A stretch of DNA of 64,000 nt from assembly GCA_010093815.1 (NCBI GenBank), contig ML996571.1; one strand, written 5' to 3'. Shown here one piece after another: positions 14,201 through 25,867 of the stretch. The notes under the pieces are model-generated. The model did no database searches, was not told the origin of the DNA, and was given only the letters and a program-made list of their open reading frames with translations. Made by a program: the position numbers and the translations under genes. Each line of letters starts with the position of its first letter. Position 1 is the first letter of the stretch. The DNA comes from Pseudovirgaria hyperparasitica (taxonomy: Eukaryota).

Positions 14201-16721
14201 CAGCTCATGAAAGATCGACAGCTACTTCGAGATTATATCAACCGCGAAGCAAAGGACGACTACCATCTTCCCCTGAACATCAAGCGTATCATCACTATGT
14301 CCAAGCAAAAGTTCCGTATCAAGGATGGTGCTCGCAGTGATTTAGATCCTGTAGAGGCCATCACGAAGATTCGGGAGGTCTTGGATCGATTAGTCGTTAT
14401 TCGTGGTGACGATCCAATCTCTCGGGAAGCTCAGGCGAACGCTACTTGGTTGTTGAAGGCACATATGCGATGTCAGCTCGCTTTCAAGCGAATCGTGCGA
14501 GAGCATTCATTGAACAAGCTTGCGCTTGACAATGTACTCGGCGACTTGGAAGCCCGATTCGCCCGGAGTGCCATCAGCCCTGGAGAGATGGTAGGAGTCC
14601 TGGCAGCGCAGTCTATCGGTGAGCCTGCTACACAGATGACTCTGAACACTTTCCACTTCACTGGTATTTCAGCGAAGAATGTGACTTTAGGTGTGCCCCG
14701 TCTACGAGAAATTCTAAATGTCGCTACCAACCTAAAAACGCCATCGATGACCATTTATCAAGCGGATCGACGAGGCGGCCCTGACGCTGTCATGCAACTG
14801 AGAAACAAAATTCAGTACACTACCCTTCGTCACTTGGCTGAAGCCACGGAAATATGGTACGACCCAGATATCCAGGGTACAGTCGTTGAAGCAGATCAAG
14901 AAATCGTCGAGTCGTACTGGATTCTGCCCGACGAGGACGAAGCCAGTGTTGAGTTGCAGTCCAAGTGGTTGCTGCGTATTGTGCTCAGTCGCCAGAAGCT
15001 TCTCGACCGTGGTCTCACTGTCTCCGAAGTCGCCTCGGCGATCAGGTCGCAGTATGACAAGAACAACCTGCACGTGATATTTAGTGACAATAATGCTGAA
15101 GAGTTGGTTCTTCGCATTCGTTTTATCCACGACGAAGACATGCGCAAGAACCAAGAGGACGAGGAGGGCGAAGATCAAGATGAGAAGTGGATTCGCAAAC
15201 TAGAGAAGGATCTTCTCGATCGTAACGCTTTGCAAGGCATTGAAGGCATCTCGAGATGCTTCATCAACAAAGAGGAATTGAGCATTCAGACCTTAGCCGA
15301 TGGCTCACTCGTAAAGAGCAAAGCATATCCCGAATGTGTCGAATGTACACTGGAAACTACTGGCACTGCACTTGCCGAGGTGTTGGCTGTGGATGGCGTC
15401 AACCCGTACCGTACCACCACGAATTCGTTCCGCGAGTTTTTAGAAGTCTTTGGCATCGAAGCTGCTCGCGCATCATTATTCAGGGAACTTCACGCGGTTC
15501 TCTCATTCGATGGTTCGTACGTGAACTACCGCCATATGGTGCTGCTTGTTGATGCAATGACCGTTCGCGGGTATATCATGCCAATTACTCGTCACGGTAT
15601 CAACCGCGGCGAGACCGGTGCGCTGATGCGATGTTCTTTCGAAGAGACTGTAGAGATTCTCTTGGATGCCGCAGCGTGCGGTGAACTTGACGACTGCAAG
15701 GGTATTTCAGAGAACATTATGCTCGGTCAGCTCGCACCCATGGGCACTGGTGAGCTAGACGTCATCATGGATCAAGATATGTTGAATACCATGAACAACG
15801 ATAACGCTCGCCTTGGTCTGATGCCCGGTTTAGCGGCAGCTCCTGGTTTCATGGACTCCGGTGCTGCCACACCATACGACGTCGGTTCGCCTATGCACGA
15901 GGATGCTCTCGGTGGACCAGACTATGGCGCATCATTCTCGCCTATCATTCAGCCGGGAGGTGATGATAGAGGAGGTTTCACATCGATCCCCTCGTTTGGC
16001 GACGCAAACAGTCCATACTCGTCCCGCAGCCCTGGCGGCTACAATCCGCAAAGTCCTTTCAGCGGGCCAAGTCCAACCTCTCCAGGCGGGTGGTCTCCCA
16101 CGTCGCCCGGCGGCGGATACTCACCGACCTCTCCTGGCATGAGCTTGACAAGCCCACGTTTCGGCGCTACATCCCCAATGTTCAACCCCACCAGTCCGCA
16201 ATACTCTCCGACATCTCCTACGTACTCGCCGACCTCGCCCGCATACGGCGCTGGCACTTCGCCAACATCACCCAACTATTCCCCCACATCGCCAAGCTAC
16301 TCTCCGACATCCCCGAGCTACTCTCCCACGTCTCCAAGCTTCAGCCCGACCTCGCCAGTTCATCGAGCTACGGCCACATCACCTCACTACAGTCCAACCT
16401 CGCCCCAATACAGTCCGTCTTCTCCCATGTATAGCCCAACAAGTCCGCAGTTCAATGCTGGTAGCGATCGACGATCACCTACTTCTCCTACCTCACCAAG
16501 CTACAGCCCGACGAGTCCGGTATACAGTCCAACAAGTCCTGCTGCTGGGGCGTACTCTCCGACATCTCCTACGAGCTACTCTCCAACATCACCGGGAGCG
16601 GCACCATACTCGGCCCAGTCGCCGAAATGGTCGCCGACGAGCCCCAAATACTCCCCAACGTATGTCTTCTTGGCTCTCTAGAGGATATCGACTGACAAAT
16701 TTCAGATCCCCACGCTCGTAA
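11280..16721 (+). CDS. RPB1: DNA-directed RNA polymerase II largest subunit
   Basis: [11 protein letters not shown] zinc motif, catalytic [16 protein letters not shown] trigger loop and YSPTSP CTD repeats. Introns ~11409-11457, ~11615-11672 and ~16660-16705. Confidence 0.99.
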
Positions 16722-17605
16722 CGGCCTCGCTAGGCTACATATATCAGCAACTCGGCGGGCATTGATCTTGTAAGACCATTCTCGTCCTTGTTTGTATTAC
16801 CACAAGTGTGCCTCAGTGCTGATAGATTTGGCATAAAGCTACCCGCTTCGCTATCTCTATTCATTGAGCCACTGCTCATCCGCTACGTGGAGTCCAACGT
16901 ATCCTTAGCTGGACCCACGTTCGTCCTCGTCAGTGGAATTATTTTCCAAATTCTCCAATTACTGTAATATCACGGTTCGTACCTTGCCATGGAACGATCA
17001 AAGCTGGTCTGTCCAACAAAAAGCCAAAAATTCTTCCCCTGGACGCTACTGCATTGAGCTGGTCAACTATTGGATAAATTTGCTTTGCCGATTTGCTTTC
17101 TCTCTGTTGTTTAAACTTGAAGGATCGGTCCCCTGTTTGGGCTTGCTAATGGGCTTCTATTACGGCGTTTATATCGGGGCTCTTTGCATTTACCATAGCA
17201 TACACACTCTGTGTGCTTCCCTGTTACATTTCGAGATGAGCAACATAGTTCATGTTGGGTGACGGATGTGGATTGAGGACACACCAAATTGCACACAGAT
17301 CCTGCGATATATATTTCACAGGGATAGGGCGATAGATAGCGCGACGAAACCGTCGCATAGACTAGGTTGGGACAGAAGCGAGACAGACTGTGTGACAGAG
17401 ACGGCGTGTCTGACATTGAGCGAAAAGAAAATATTGAAGACAAATATTATGAAGATCCAATACGTCGCTGTGTATTGTGCCGTGCACAGTGAGACTCATA
17501 ATGCTACGAGCGCCTTAGCCTATCCATACATGCATCATTCGAACGAGACCTGAAGCTATGTGTGCACTAACACCATAACTCTGATCTACCACCTCATCCA
17601 CCGCA

Positions 17606-18729
17606 ATGGCAAATTCGAAGTGCGCGAATCGAACTCTCTGTCAAAGGCCACTGGCGCTAATCTTTGCAGGTACGAATATGTGCGCCTCTTTGAACAACCT
17701 GATGCGCTGCTTCCCAACACCTGGATCGTCGTGCGCATCGATGGACGAGGTTTCCACAAGTACTACAAGCCCTACACAAGCCCCGCGAAACACAAAAGCT
17801 AATAACATACCGCAGATTCAGCAAGAAATATGACTTTGAGAAGCCCAATGACCGCCGCGCTGTTGACCTCATGAACGCAGCCGCTCGCGGCGTCATGCAA
17901 GAGCTGCACGATCTCGTGCTTGCATACGGCGTTAGTGATGAATTCAGCTTCGTGTTCCACCCCAGCACGACGCTGTTCGAGCGCAGAGAAAGTAAACTGG
18001 TCAGCACTATTGTGAGTACATTCACGAGCTATTACGTGTTCTCGTGGGGGAAATATTTTGAGGGTGTGGATCTGGCACCGCCATTGCCGACTTTTGATGG
18101 GCGTGCGGTGTGTTATCCCAGTGTGGGCAATCTCAGGGATTATTTGAGTTGGAGACAGGTTGATTGTGAATACTATGGTCACTCAATAGAAGAGGGAGGC
18201 TAATAGGTAACAGGTCATATTAATAACTTGTACAACACGACGTTTTGGAACTTGGTGCAAAAGGGTGGGATGAATACGACGGATGCGGAGAAAGAGCTTG
18301 CTGTAAGTACGCATAGCCTGTATTTTGTGTCTACAGAGGTAGCTTATGAGAACAGGGCACGGTATCGGCAGACAAGAATGAGATCCTATTTTCGCGCTTT
18401 GGTATCAACTATAACAATGAGCTGGATGTTTGGAAGAAAGGGAGTGTTCTTTTTCGAGAGGTCGGTCTCGTACACATAGTCTGAGAACGCTTGTTAACCA
18501 TCCATAGTACGAGCTTGCCGCTGTTGAGAATCTTTCTGAGTCATTGTCTGAGTCAACTGAGCCTTCGACTGCAGTCCCAGTCCCTGTGACCAAGACAGCC
18601 ATCAATAAGGATGCGAAGCTGAAGAAGAAAGCACAGGTTATAATCATGCACACCGATGTGATCAAAGATGAGTTTTGGCAAAGGCGGCCATGGATACTGA
18701 GTGGAAAGGCTGGCAATCTGCTGACTTGA
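17606..18729 (+). CDS. THG1: tRNA(His) guanylyltransferase
   Basis: [58 protein letters not shown]; five introns. Confidence 0.96.
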
Positions 18730-18918
18730 GAGAAGCCTTGCATTGCTAAAGTGAATTGACGAAAGCATACCAGTTGTCAAGCTCGAGGGAAGAGGCGGTA
18801 GGGAGATAAGATAAAGCGACCTACCGAGAGCGCAGAGGCGCAAAGTTATGGTTAGTAGTATCCTCGTGTCTGAAGAAGGCGAGATGAGCGAGTACGCACC
18901 TGTGAGAAGAAAAGTTTG

Positions 18919-19310
18919 ACCACACCCCGTCCTCAGCAGAGTAATCGGAATCGAATTGTACCTTCGCGTGACTCAGAAATGAATCAACGCTGCAGCACGC
19001 CGCGTATTGCACTAAAGTATCACAGCCGCTCCTGTACTTTCGAACAGCGAGCGGACCGCATACAATCTTCGCACCGGCTCCCATAGGGACACTGCTGCGT
19101 TCAAAGCAGACCCTGAGCTTTCTGATGCCAGTCGTGCGAACGTGAGATCACGTCGGACCCTTGCGGGCGGTGACCAGAGCTCTGTCCGGAGACGGAGATG
19201 GATGTGAGGTGAAGATTACTCCGAATTTCTCATTTGCATAGTTAGGATCTTGCCAAAGGCAGTCTGTGTGTGAGCAAAGAAACGCGGCGATGTAGAGGAC
19301 GGGGTGTGGT
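18919..19310 (-). ncRNA. RPR1: Nuclear RNase P RNA
   Basis: Perfect 16-bp terminal helix P1 (18919-18934 with 19295-19310). CR-I GAGAAAUUCGGAG (19219-19231) can pair with CR-V ACAAUUCGAUUCCGAUUA (18942-18959) to form P4. CR-IV AGUGCAAU (19006-19013); P2 CGCCGCGU/ACGCGGCG; CR-II-like AGAAA. Confidence 0.88.
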
Positions 19311-19381
19311 GAGGAAAAGAATTGAAGGTGAAGCTGGTTGGGACTTTTCTTTATCGTGCCTGCCAAGCCCTTCCTGACTCG

Positions 19382-19422
19382 TCGCGTAATCACGTGCGCT
19401 CTCTCCTGAGTCAATTACGCGA
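19382..19422. promoter_or_regulatory. Candidate bidirectional promoter elements between the RNase P RNA and the NAD(P)-binding gene
   Basis: A 9-bp inverted repeat (TCGCGTAAT / ATTACGCGA) encloses CACGTG (19391-19396) and TGAGTCA (19407-19413). Confidence 0.35.
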
Positions 19423-19506
19423 GTCTGGTGAGATGATCTCATCAATGCATAAGTGTGAGTGACGGTCGTCTACCAGTGACAAAACCTTATCATAGTATCA
19501 TTTGCA

Positions 19507-20271
19507 ATGTCCTCAGTACTCCTTTTTGGTGGCAGCGGCAAGGTCGCTCGCCATCTTACGAAACAGCTCGCCAGCTCTGGCTACACAGTCTACTCCGTCA
19601 TCCGCAATCCTGAACAAGTAGACGAACTCAAGGGTCTTGGTGCATCGCCGATACTCCAATCTATCGAAGACTCCTCTCAGGCTGACTTTGTTGATCTGAT
19701 CAAGAAACATAAGCCAACTGCTGTTGTTTGGGCAGCAGGCGCTGGCGGAGGAAATCCGGAGCGGACACAGAGTGTGGATTACAGAGGCGCTGTAAAGACT
19801 ATGGATGCCATTGCTCAAGCTGCAGACGAAGCGGGAACAACAAGGAGATATGTCACTGTGTCTGCACTCGACGTTCGTGATCGGGAGAGCAAGCCTGTTC
19901 CGAGCTGGTACGACGACAACGACAAGTCGATGAGCGACAGAGTCTGGGGCGTAATTAAGGCATATATGTTGGCAAAGTACGAAGCGGATAAATCGTTAGT
20001 TGAAGAGAATGGCAGACGAAAACTGGACTACACAATTGTGAGGCCAGGTGGGTTGAGTCAAGATCCCGCTGTCGGTGTGATTGCTGCTGGGCATGTCAAG
20101 CTAGGCAGGACTATTAGCAGAGAAGATGTCGCTGCTGTGGTCGCGGAATGTCTCAAGAATGAAAAGACCGTAGGACTTGCCTTCGATGTTGCTGGCGGCG
20201 ATACGAAGATATCCGAAGCAGTTGCGAAGATTGCTTCGGATAGAGTGGATACTTTTGAAGGGTTCCACTGA
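19507..20271 (+). CDS. NAD(P)-binding Rossmann-fold protein (atypical SDR, YMR090W/UPF0659-like)
   Basis: Intronless 254 aa; FGGSGKVA, WAAGAGGG, YxxAK, YTIVRPGGL, ISREDVA. Confidence 0.85.
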   Translation: MSSVLLFGGSGKVARHLTKQLASSGYTVYSVIRNPEQVDELKGLGASPILQSIEDSSQADFVDLIKKHKPTAVVWAAGAGGGNPERTQSVDYRGAVKTMDAIAQAADEAGTTRRYVTVSALDVRDRESKPVPSWYDDNDKSMSDRVWGVIKAYMLAKYEADKSLVEENGRRKLDYTIVRPGGLSQDPAVGVIAAGHVKLGRTISREDVAAVVAECLKNEKTVGLAFDVAGGDTKISEAVAKIASDRVDTFEGFH

Positions 20272-20565
20272 ACATATCATGAGAACTTCTAGTAGTAGCC
20301 ATATGCAGGGGTACAACTCAAATTCTTTGATAATTGCACCTTTCAGTCGCAGCCGAAAAGGGTAATACGTCTTGTTATTCACACTGAGAATAGTTCCAAA
20401 GTGGACCCTTCGGTGTTCTTCGCGCGCAAGTGTACCGAGCCCCGCTTGGCTCAGTTGGGGAAGGTAAGGCACAGCTACTGTTCCGGTGGTGGCTGGATAT
20501 ATAAATGTCGACAACGTTCACGAACCAATCTAATATTGCTTCTCCAATTCTGACACTCTTACAAG

Positions 20566-21619
20566 ATGTCTATGACACTCGAAGAGGCTGCAGTCCCACG
20601 GACACCGCTGCCCCCTCCAGATACTCCAGAGAATGTCTTCCAGCAGCTCAGCTTAAAAGGGCGCGTTGTTGCTATAACGGGTGCAGCTGATGGGATAGGA
20701 TTCTCTGTCGCTGAGGCAATGGCAGAAGCCGGTGCACATGTAGCTTTGTGGTACAACTCGTAAGTCCTTTAGACATTTCAGAATTTCACGTATAGGACGG
20801 TTCTCAAGTCTTGCACAGCAACAACCAGGCCATTGAGAAGGGCGAGAAGCTCGCCAAGCAGCACGGTATACGAGCGAAGGCGTACCAAGTCGAAGGTGAG
20901 GATTTCTGAACGATCCACTGGCAGTCATGTGGGTCTCCCATTGACCTCCATGCAGTATCGAAGGCAGAGAACGTACAAAGCGCAATGGACGAAGTCGTGA
21001 AAGACTTTGGAAAAATTGACGTCTTCGTTGCCAATGCAGGCATGGCTATCTCCAAACCGATCACAGAACAGACGCTTGACGAATACCACAAGCAGATGAG
21101 CGTGAACGGTAAGTCTCCACGACATCGACGAGTAGGAGCGCAATCAGTCTCATATCTTTATGTGCACAGTCGATGGCGTCGTATATTGCGCCAAATACGC
21201 TGGTGAACTGTTCAAGAAGCAAGGAAAGGGCAACTTGATCATCACATCAAGCATGTCAGCGCATATAGTCAACGTACCAGTCGACCAACCAGTATGTCAA
21301 CAACCATCAAAGGCTCCCTCTAGCTGGCTAATTGCCACAGGTCTACAATGCAACGAAGGCATTTGTAACGCATTTTGGCAAATCACTCGCTCGTGAATGG
21401 CGTGACTTTGCCCGTGTCAACATCGTCTCGCCGGGTTTCTTCAATACTAAGATGGGTGCTTCGCCATCATGTATCAATGAAGCCTATCGAATGACTCCTT
21501 TCGCACGACAAGGGCATGTCAAGGAGCTTAAGGGGCTGTACTTGTATTTGGCTAGTGACGCATCGAGCTATCAGACCGGAAGTGACACTCTCATCGATGG
21601 CGGCTACACTTTGCCTTAG
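20566..21619 (+). CDS. Short-chain dehydrogenase (sorbose reductase/L-xylulose reductase-like)
   Basis: TGAADGIG, FVANAG, SSMSAHIVNVP, YNATK, RVNIVSPG, TGSDTLIDGGYT; multi-exon; TATA-like TATATAAA near 20497. Confidence 0.88.
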
Positions 21620-22247
21620 GTAGAATTTTGAACATATCTATTCTGCCTTAACAACGAACACCGTGTCTTGGACTATGATTCACTCGTAAAATCTTACCAT
21701 ATCAAAAGTTGCGCTTTAGACTGCTCACTTTCTGATCACCAAAGCACACTGAAGTCGATCTCATCTATTCTGCTACTGCCATTCAATATTAGTACCCAGA
21801 AAACTCTCAAGGGGCCCCTGGTTTGGTTCTCTTCTTGACTCTAGACATCACTTGATGGGCAGAATCCAGGCTCAATGGTATACATGCCGTGCCGTGCTGC
21901 AGACGGGTTGCTCTAGGGATTATATATATTACATTGATGGTTTCTTTCATCTGTAATACTACCTTACTCATATCCACTGGAACTTCATCAGGCTTAAGAA
22001 GTCGTATACCGAATGTGAACATTCCAGCAGCGATATATGACATTTTAATCGGCGCCAGGTAGAGTTTGCTAATGGAACGATAGACTCAATGTTCTATCAT
22101 GGCAAAGAGCTACTATATTTCATATCACATTCCGACCGAACGCTTTGATTACATGTGTGTCCCGAATCATATAGCCAAGAAACATTCTCACCAGCAACAA
22201 TTCTATCTTTACAAGGCTACCAGTCCTCTCAGTACAAATCATACCCC

Positions 22248-23060
22248 TCACTTCGTGCAAATATCCTTCGCTTCACCAGGCCTCAGGCTCGGAGGCGTGG
22301 TATCGGCATCGCCATAGCTCCAGCTGGGATCAATCAAATCTCCCTTTGCTAACTCCAGCGGGAGATAGTACCAGTCCCAACTCCTAAACTCATCTTGATC
22401 CGCCACAGCAAGAGTGTCAAAGGTAGTCTTGCGCGTATGGAAGATAGCATGGCGGAACGAGCCAACATACACCTTAGCATGGTCGCGGTCCTTTGCCCCC
22501 TGATCGAACTGGTCATCGATTCCATTGACAGTATTCTGCACGTCGCCCCATGACACTGTCTGGTGACCCTTGTGCTGGCCGAGTAGCAAGCGGTCGCGAC
22601 GCCACGTACCGTCGTCGTTGCGCACCCACACTACCGCAATGTGCTCCCAGTCGTTGGTGTGGCCCGAGTCGTGGCGGAAGTAGATGCTGTACGTCGTGCG
22701 GTATGTTCCGTCGTTGCACTGTACTGTCTCATAATAAGTCGGAAAGTAGTTCCCGGGGTTTTGGCCAGCTTCCGAGGGTGACTTCCAAGGGCCTGGGTCT
22801 GCGCATCCGTCATCGAGACGGCCCCAGTCTCCCACGTCTGGCCCGTTGCCCTTGGTTTGGACGCCATTTTCTTCGGCGGCTTGGGGGTAGCAGGAGTTTG
22901 CGCCGTGCGGACGGCCGAAGTGCCACATAGGAGCAGCTGCGACGGCGGCTTGGTGGCCGATACCGTGGCCGTCGTCGTCGTGAAAGGCAGACTCGGGAAT
23001 GCCCCCGTTGGCGGCGACGAGGGTGCTACCAAGGGCAGCCGCGAGAACGAAAGTTTTCAT
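22248..23060 (-). CDS. Secreted NPP1-domain protein (Nep1-like protein, probably type 3)
   Basis: Signal peptide; CYP motif; YSIYFRHDSGHTNDWEHIAVVW (variant of the GHRHDWE heptapeptide); HAKVYVGSFRHA. Confidence 0.82.
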   Translation of the reverse strand: MKTFVLAAALGSTLVAANGGIPESAFHDDDGHGIGHQAAVAAAPMWHFGRPHGANSCYPQAAEENGVQTKGNGPDVGDWGRLDDGCADPGPWKSPSEAGQNPGNYFPTYYETVQCNDGTYRTTYSIYFRHDSGHTNDWEHIAVVWVRNDDGTWRRDRLLLGQHKGHQTVSWGDVQNTVNGIDDQFDQGAKDRDHAKVYVGSFRHAIFHTRKTTFDTLAVADQDEFRSWDWYYLPLELAKGDLIDPSWSYGDADTTPPSLRPGEAKDICTK

Positions 23061-24443
23061 GTTGATGACGAAGTATTCTAGGTATCGTTCTGGGATCTAG
23101 GCTGCGAGCGCTACGTGAAGACGAGCCTAGAGAGAGGGATTTGGGAGGATAAGCACTGTTGATGGTGAGCAATGTGCATCCAACGAGATTTCCCTTGTCC
23201 TTCTTATACAAGACTGTAGTAGCCTCCATGCTCCCAATTATGACGATGATCATTTTTGATTCTTAAATCGTCTAGCTCTCGCCTAGGAGCTGTTACCTAC
23301 AAAGAAGGTATACTGCCTCCATCTAGCAGACCACCGGTCATCACACCATGGAGCTAATCATGCAAACATTCTAGACACCTTTGACGTGAGCTCCACGAAT
23401 GGCATGCGGATCTTTGGGCAAGTGGAGTGCCATATTCGAAAATCGGAACACTACATCACAGAGAAACGAACGGCTTAAGGTGATCCATGCCATCGGATGA
23501 AAACATGAACCAACATTAGTGGGCTTGGAAGTGGTCCTAGAATTTTTGTAGAAGGACGTGGGTGCGATCGGATGGGGCTGAGCGAACTGATCTGCGTATC
23601 GTTAAACGATCGGGGACGGACATGAGCCATGACGTTTTCTGTCAAACATGCTATCTGTTATATGAAACAGTAGTCTTCACGCCGTTGAGGATGATCGGTG
23701 GTATTCCTACGACACAGAGACTAAAGACAGTATATCACTTCTAAATTTGAAGTCCACAAAGCTGAGAGGGTGATATGTTTTGTTTCTGTCAGTCAAACCT
23801 CCGTCTCGCACGTATCCACAATCGGGATGAAGTAGACACTCACATATAAATTCCACAATACACTCTATGACCTCGGACAAGTGTGATCGTGGAGACAACA
23901 ATGATGGGTTTCGAGTGCTTGAAGGAATTTGAGAATCAATGTACATTGAAGACGGGGTTCAGCTCGTGGACCGTGTTATTTTTAGATATAATTATACGCT
24001 AATCAACTTTAGGCAAATTGACAAGACCAAAAAAGCGTTGCCAAGTCCTTATCCATGGGCCGATGTGACTTTATTAGGTACCGGAATAATAATTATGACG
24101 CTCTGATTGCTACTTAGGGTTACTCGGTGGTTCCGTTAATTATGAGCTACGCGCATGGCCGTAGAACAACTCTCCTGGTGCGACAAGGGTACGATGACGA
24201 TCCTGAGGCTACTGTGTTTTTCGATTCGCCTCCATGAAAACAACGATTTGTCCTAGCGTACATCACAACATGTTGGCGTACGAACAGCGCCATACTTGCG
24301 ATGGTAATTGTACCACATAGCCTGTACGAGGGACTGCTCATATGTATCTCGTGTGCTCATGGTCAACGAGAAGGATGTGTTCCAAATGATAAGTCTAGTG
24401 CAAGCATGCTTTAGACTGGGCTAATAACAGCAATACTTTGAAC

Positions 24444-25867
24444 TCATAATGTCCCTTCGTTGAGCTTGACTTCCAGAATGCCATGGCCACCAAGACTGGG
24501 TCTCTGGATATCGACAATCTCAAGTCTGCTATCTACCTTCGCAATGAGCTCCCTCCACATATCCACGTCACGCTCAATCGCGCCAACAAACGCATACATT
24601 TGCAGATCTGTCGCGCCTAGCATACAGTCAGTCGTTGAATTGAGCAGATATCGGCACTTCTAAGTGACAGCTTACGGGCACTCTTCTCCTTATACTTTGG
24701 CACCGTGTTCGGTTCCGGTAGAATAACATCGACCAAAAGTATTCTACTCCCCGGTTTCATCGTTGCAATGGTATTCCTCAAGATCTTGGCTGCATACTTA
24801 TCAGGCCAGTCATGCAATACCCAGCGCAGCAGATACACATCTGCAGTCTCAGGCTGCGGTCCACTGAAGAAATCGTAGGCGCTAAAGCTAATACGATCGG
24901 CAAGTTCTGGTTCAAGTGATTTATGTGCATCGGAGACCACGCTGGGAAGGTCCTGAACGCAGAATTTGAGGTGTGGGTGGGCCAGGGCGATGGCTTTGCT
25001 GACGTGCCCGTAGGAGCCGCCGATCTGAGGGTGTTAATGAAGATTACTAACTATCTAGAAGGATACTCGACTTACGTCGACAACAGAGGCGCCCTCAGGC
25101 AATTTCTTCCAGCCGCTCCATTCTGTGACATGTGATGTACTGAACGTGTCGAATTTCTTCGAGGCGCGCATGGCGCCGTGGAATGCATTCCAGCGCTGCG
25201 TGTCAGAGCTCATGTACTGGAACACGTCTGTGCTGTCGCCATAAAGGATGTTCCGTGGGGTTTTGTTTGTTTCATCGCTGCCCTTAAAGCCTGGTCTGGA
25301 TAAAGCATCGTTGAAAGATATAGTCGATAGATAGACGTCACGGATGTTGTGTAGGGCCCAGTTTCGTTCATCGGCGTCTGTTGCCCATAGTGCAGATACG
25401 GCAGAATGTGACACATATCCCTTCCGGTGCTCGTAGAATATGTAGTTCGTGATGGCGAACTTAACAAAGCGCTTTACTTCTCTCTCGGCCAAATCACATT
25501 TCTTTGAAATTTCTGCGTATGAAGCTTCCCCGTTAATGGGAACAGCTTTGTCGATTTCAAATACTAAAATCGCACGCATAACCGCAGCGTCATATTTATC
25601 GGCCAAAGTTACTTGGTTAAGATACTCTCTTGGACCTAGAGCTAGGACATAGATTTGTCGTGCTGCCTCTACCAAGGCAGTCTTCACGGGGATGATCTCC
25701 AACTTGGAGTCTGGGGTCTGATCGATGTTATCACATATATTGGGAGCAAAGGATGGTTGAGGTATGTCGTGTTTGTCCAGGAGTCGTTGCAGTTCGGCAA
25801 TCTTCTGCGTAACCTGGCTCCCCAGAGCGTCAAGGGTTTGAAGATTTTGTTGCTGTATCGAATCCAT
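24444..25867 (-). CDS. SAM-dependent O-methyltransferase (OmtA/sterigmatocystin OMT-like family)
   Basis: VVD|IGGSYGH, YDFF, DVYLLRWVLHDWPD, MKPGSRILLVD, ERDVDMW; two introns. Confidence 0.88.
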
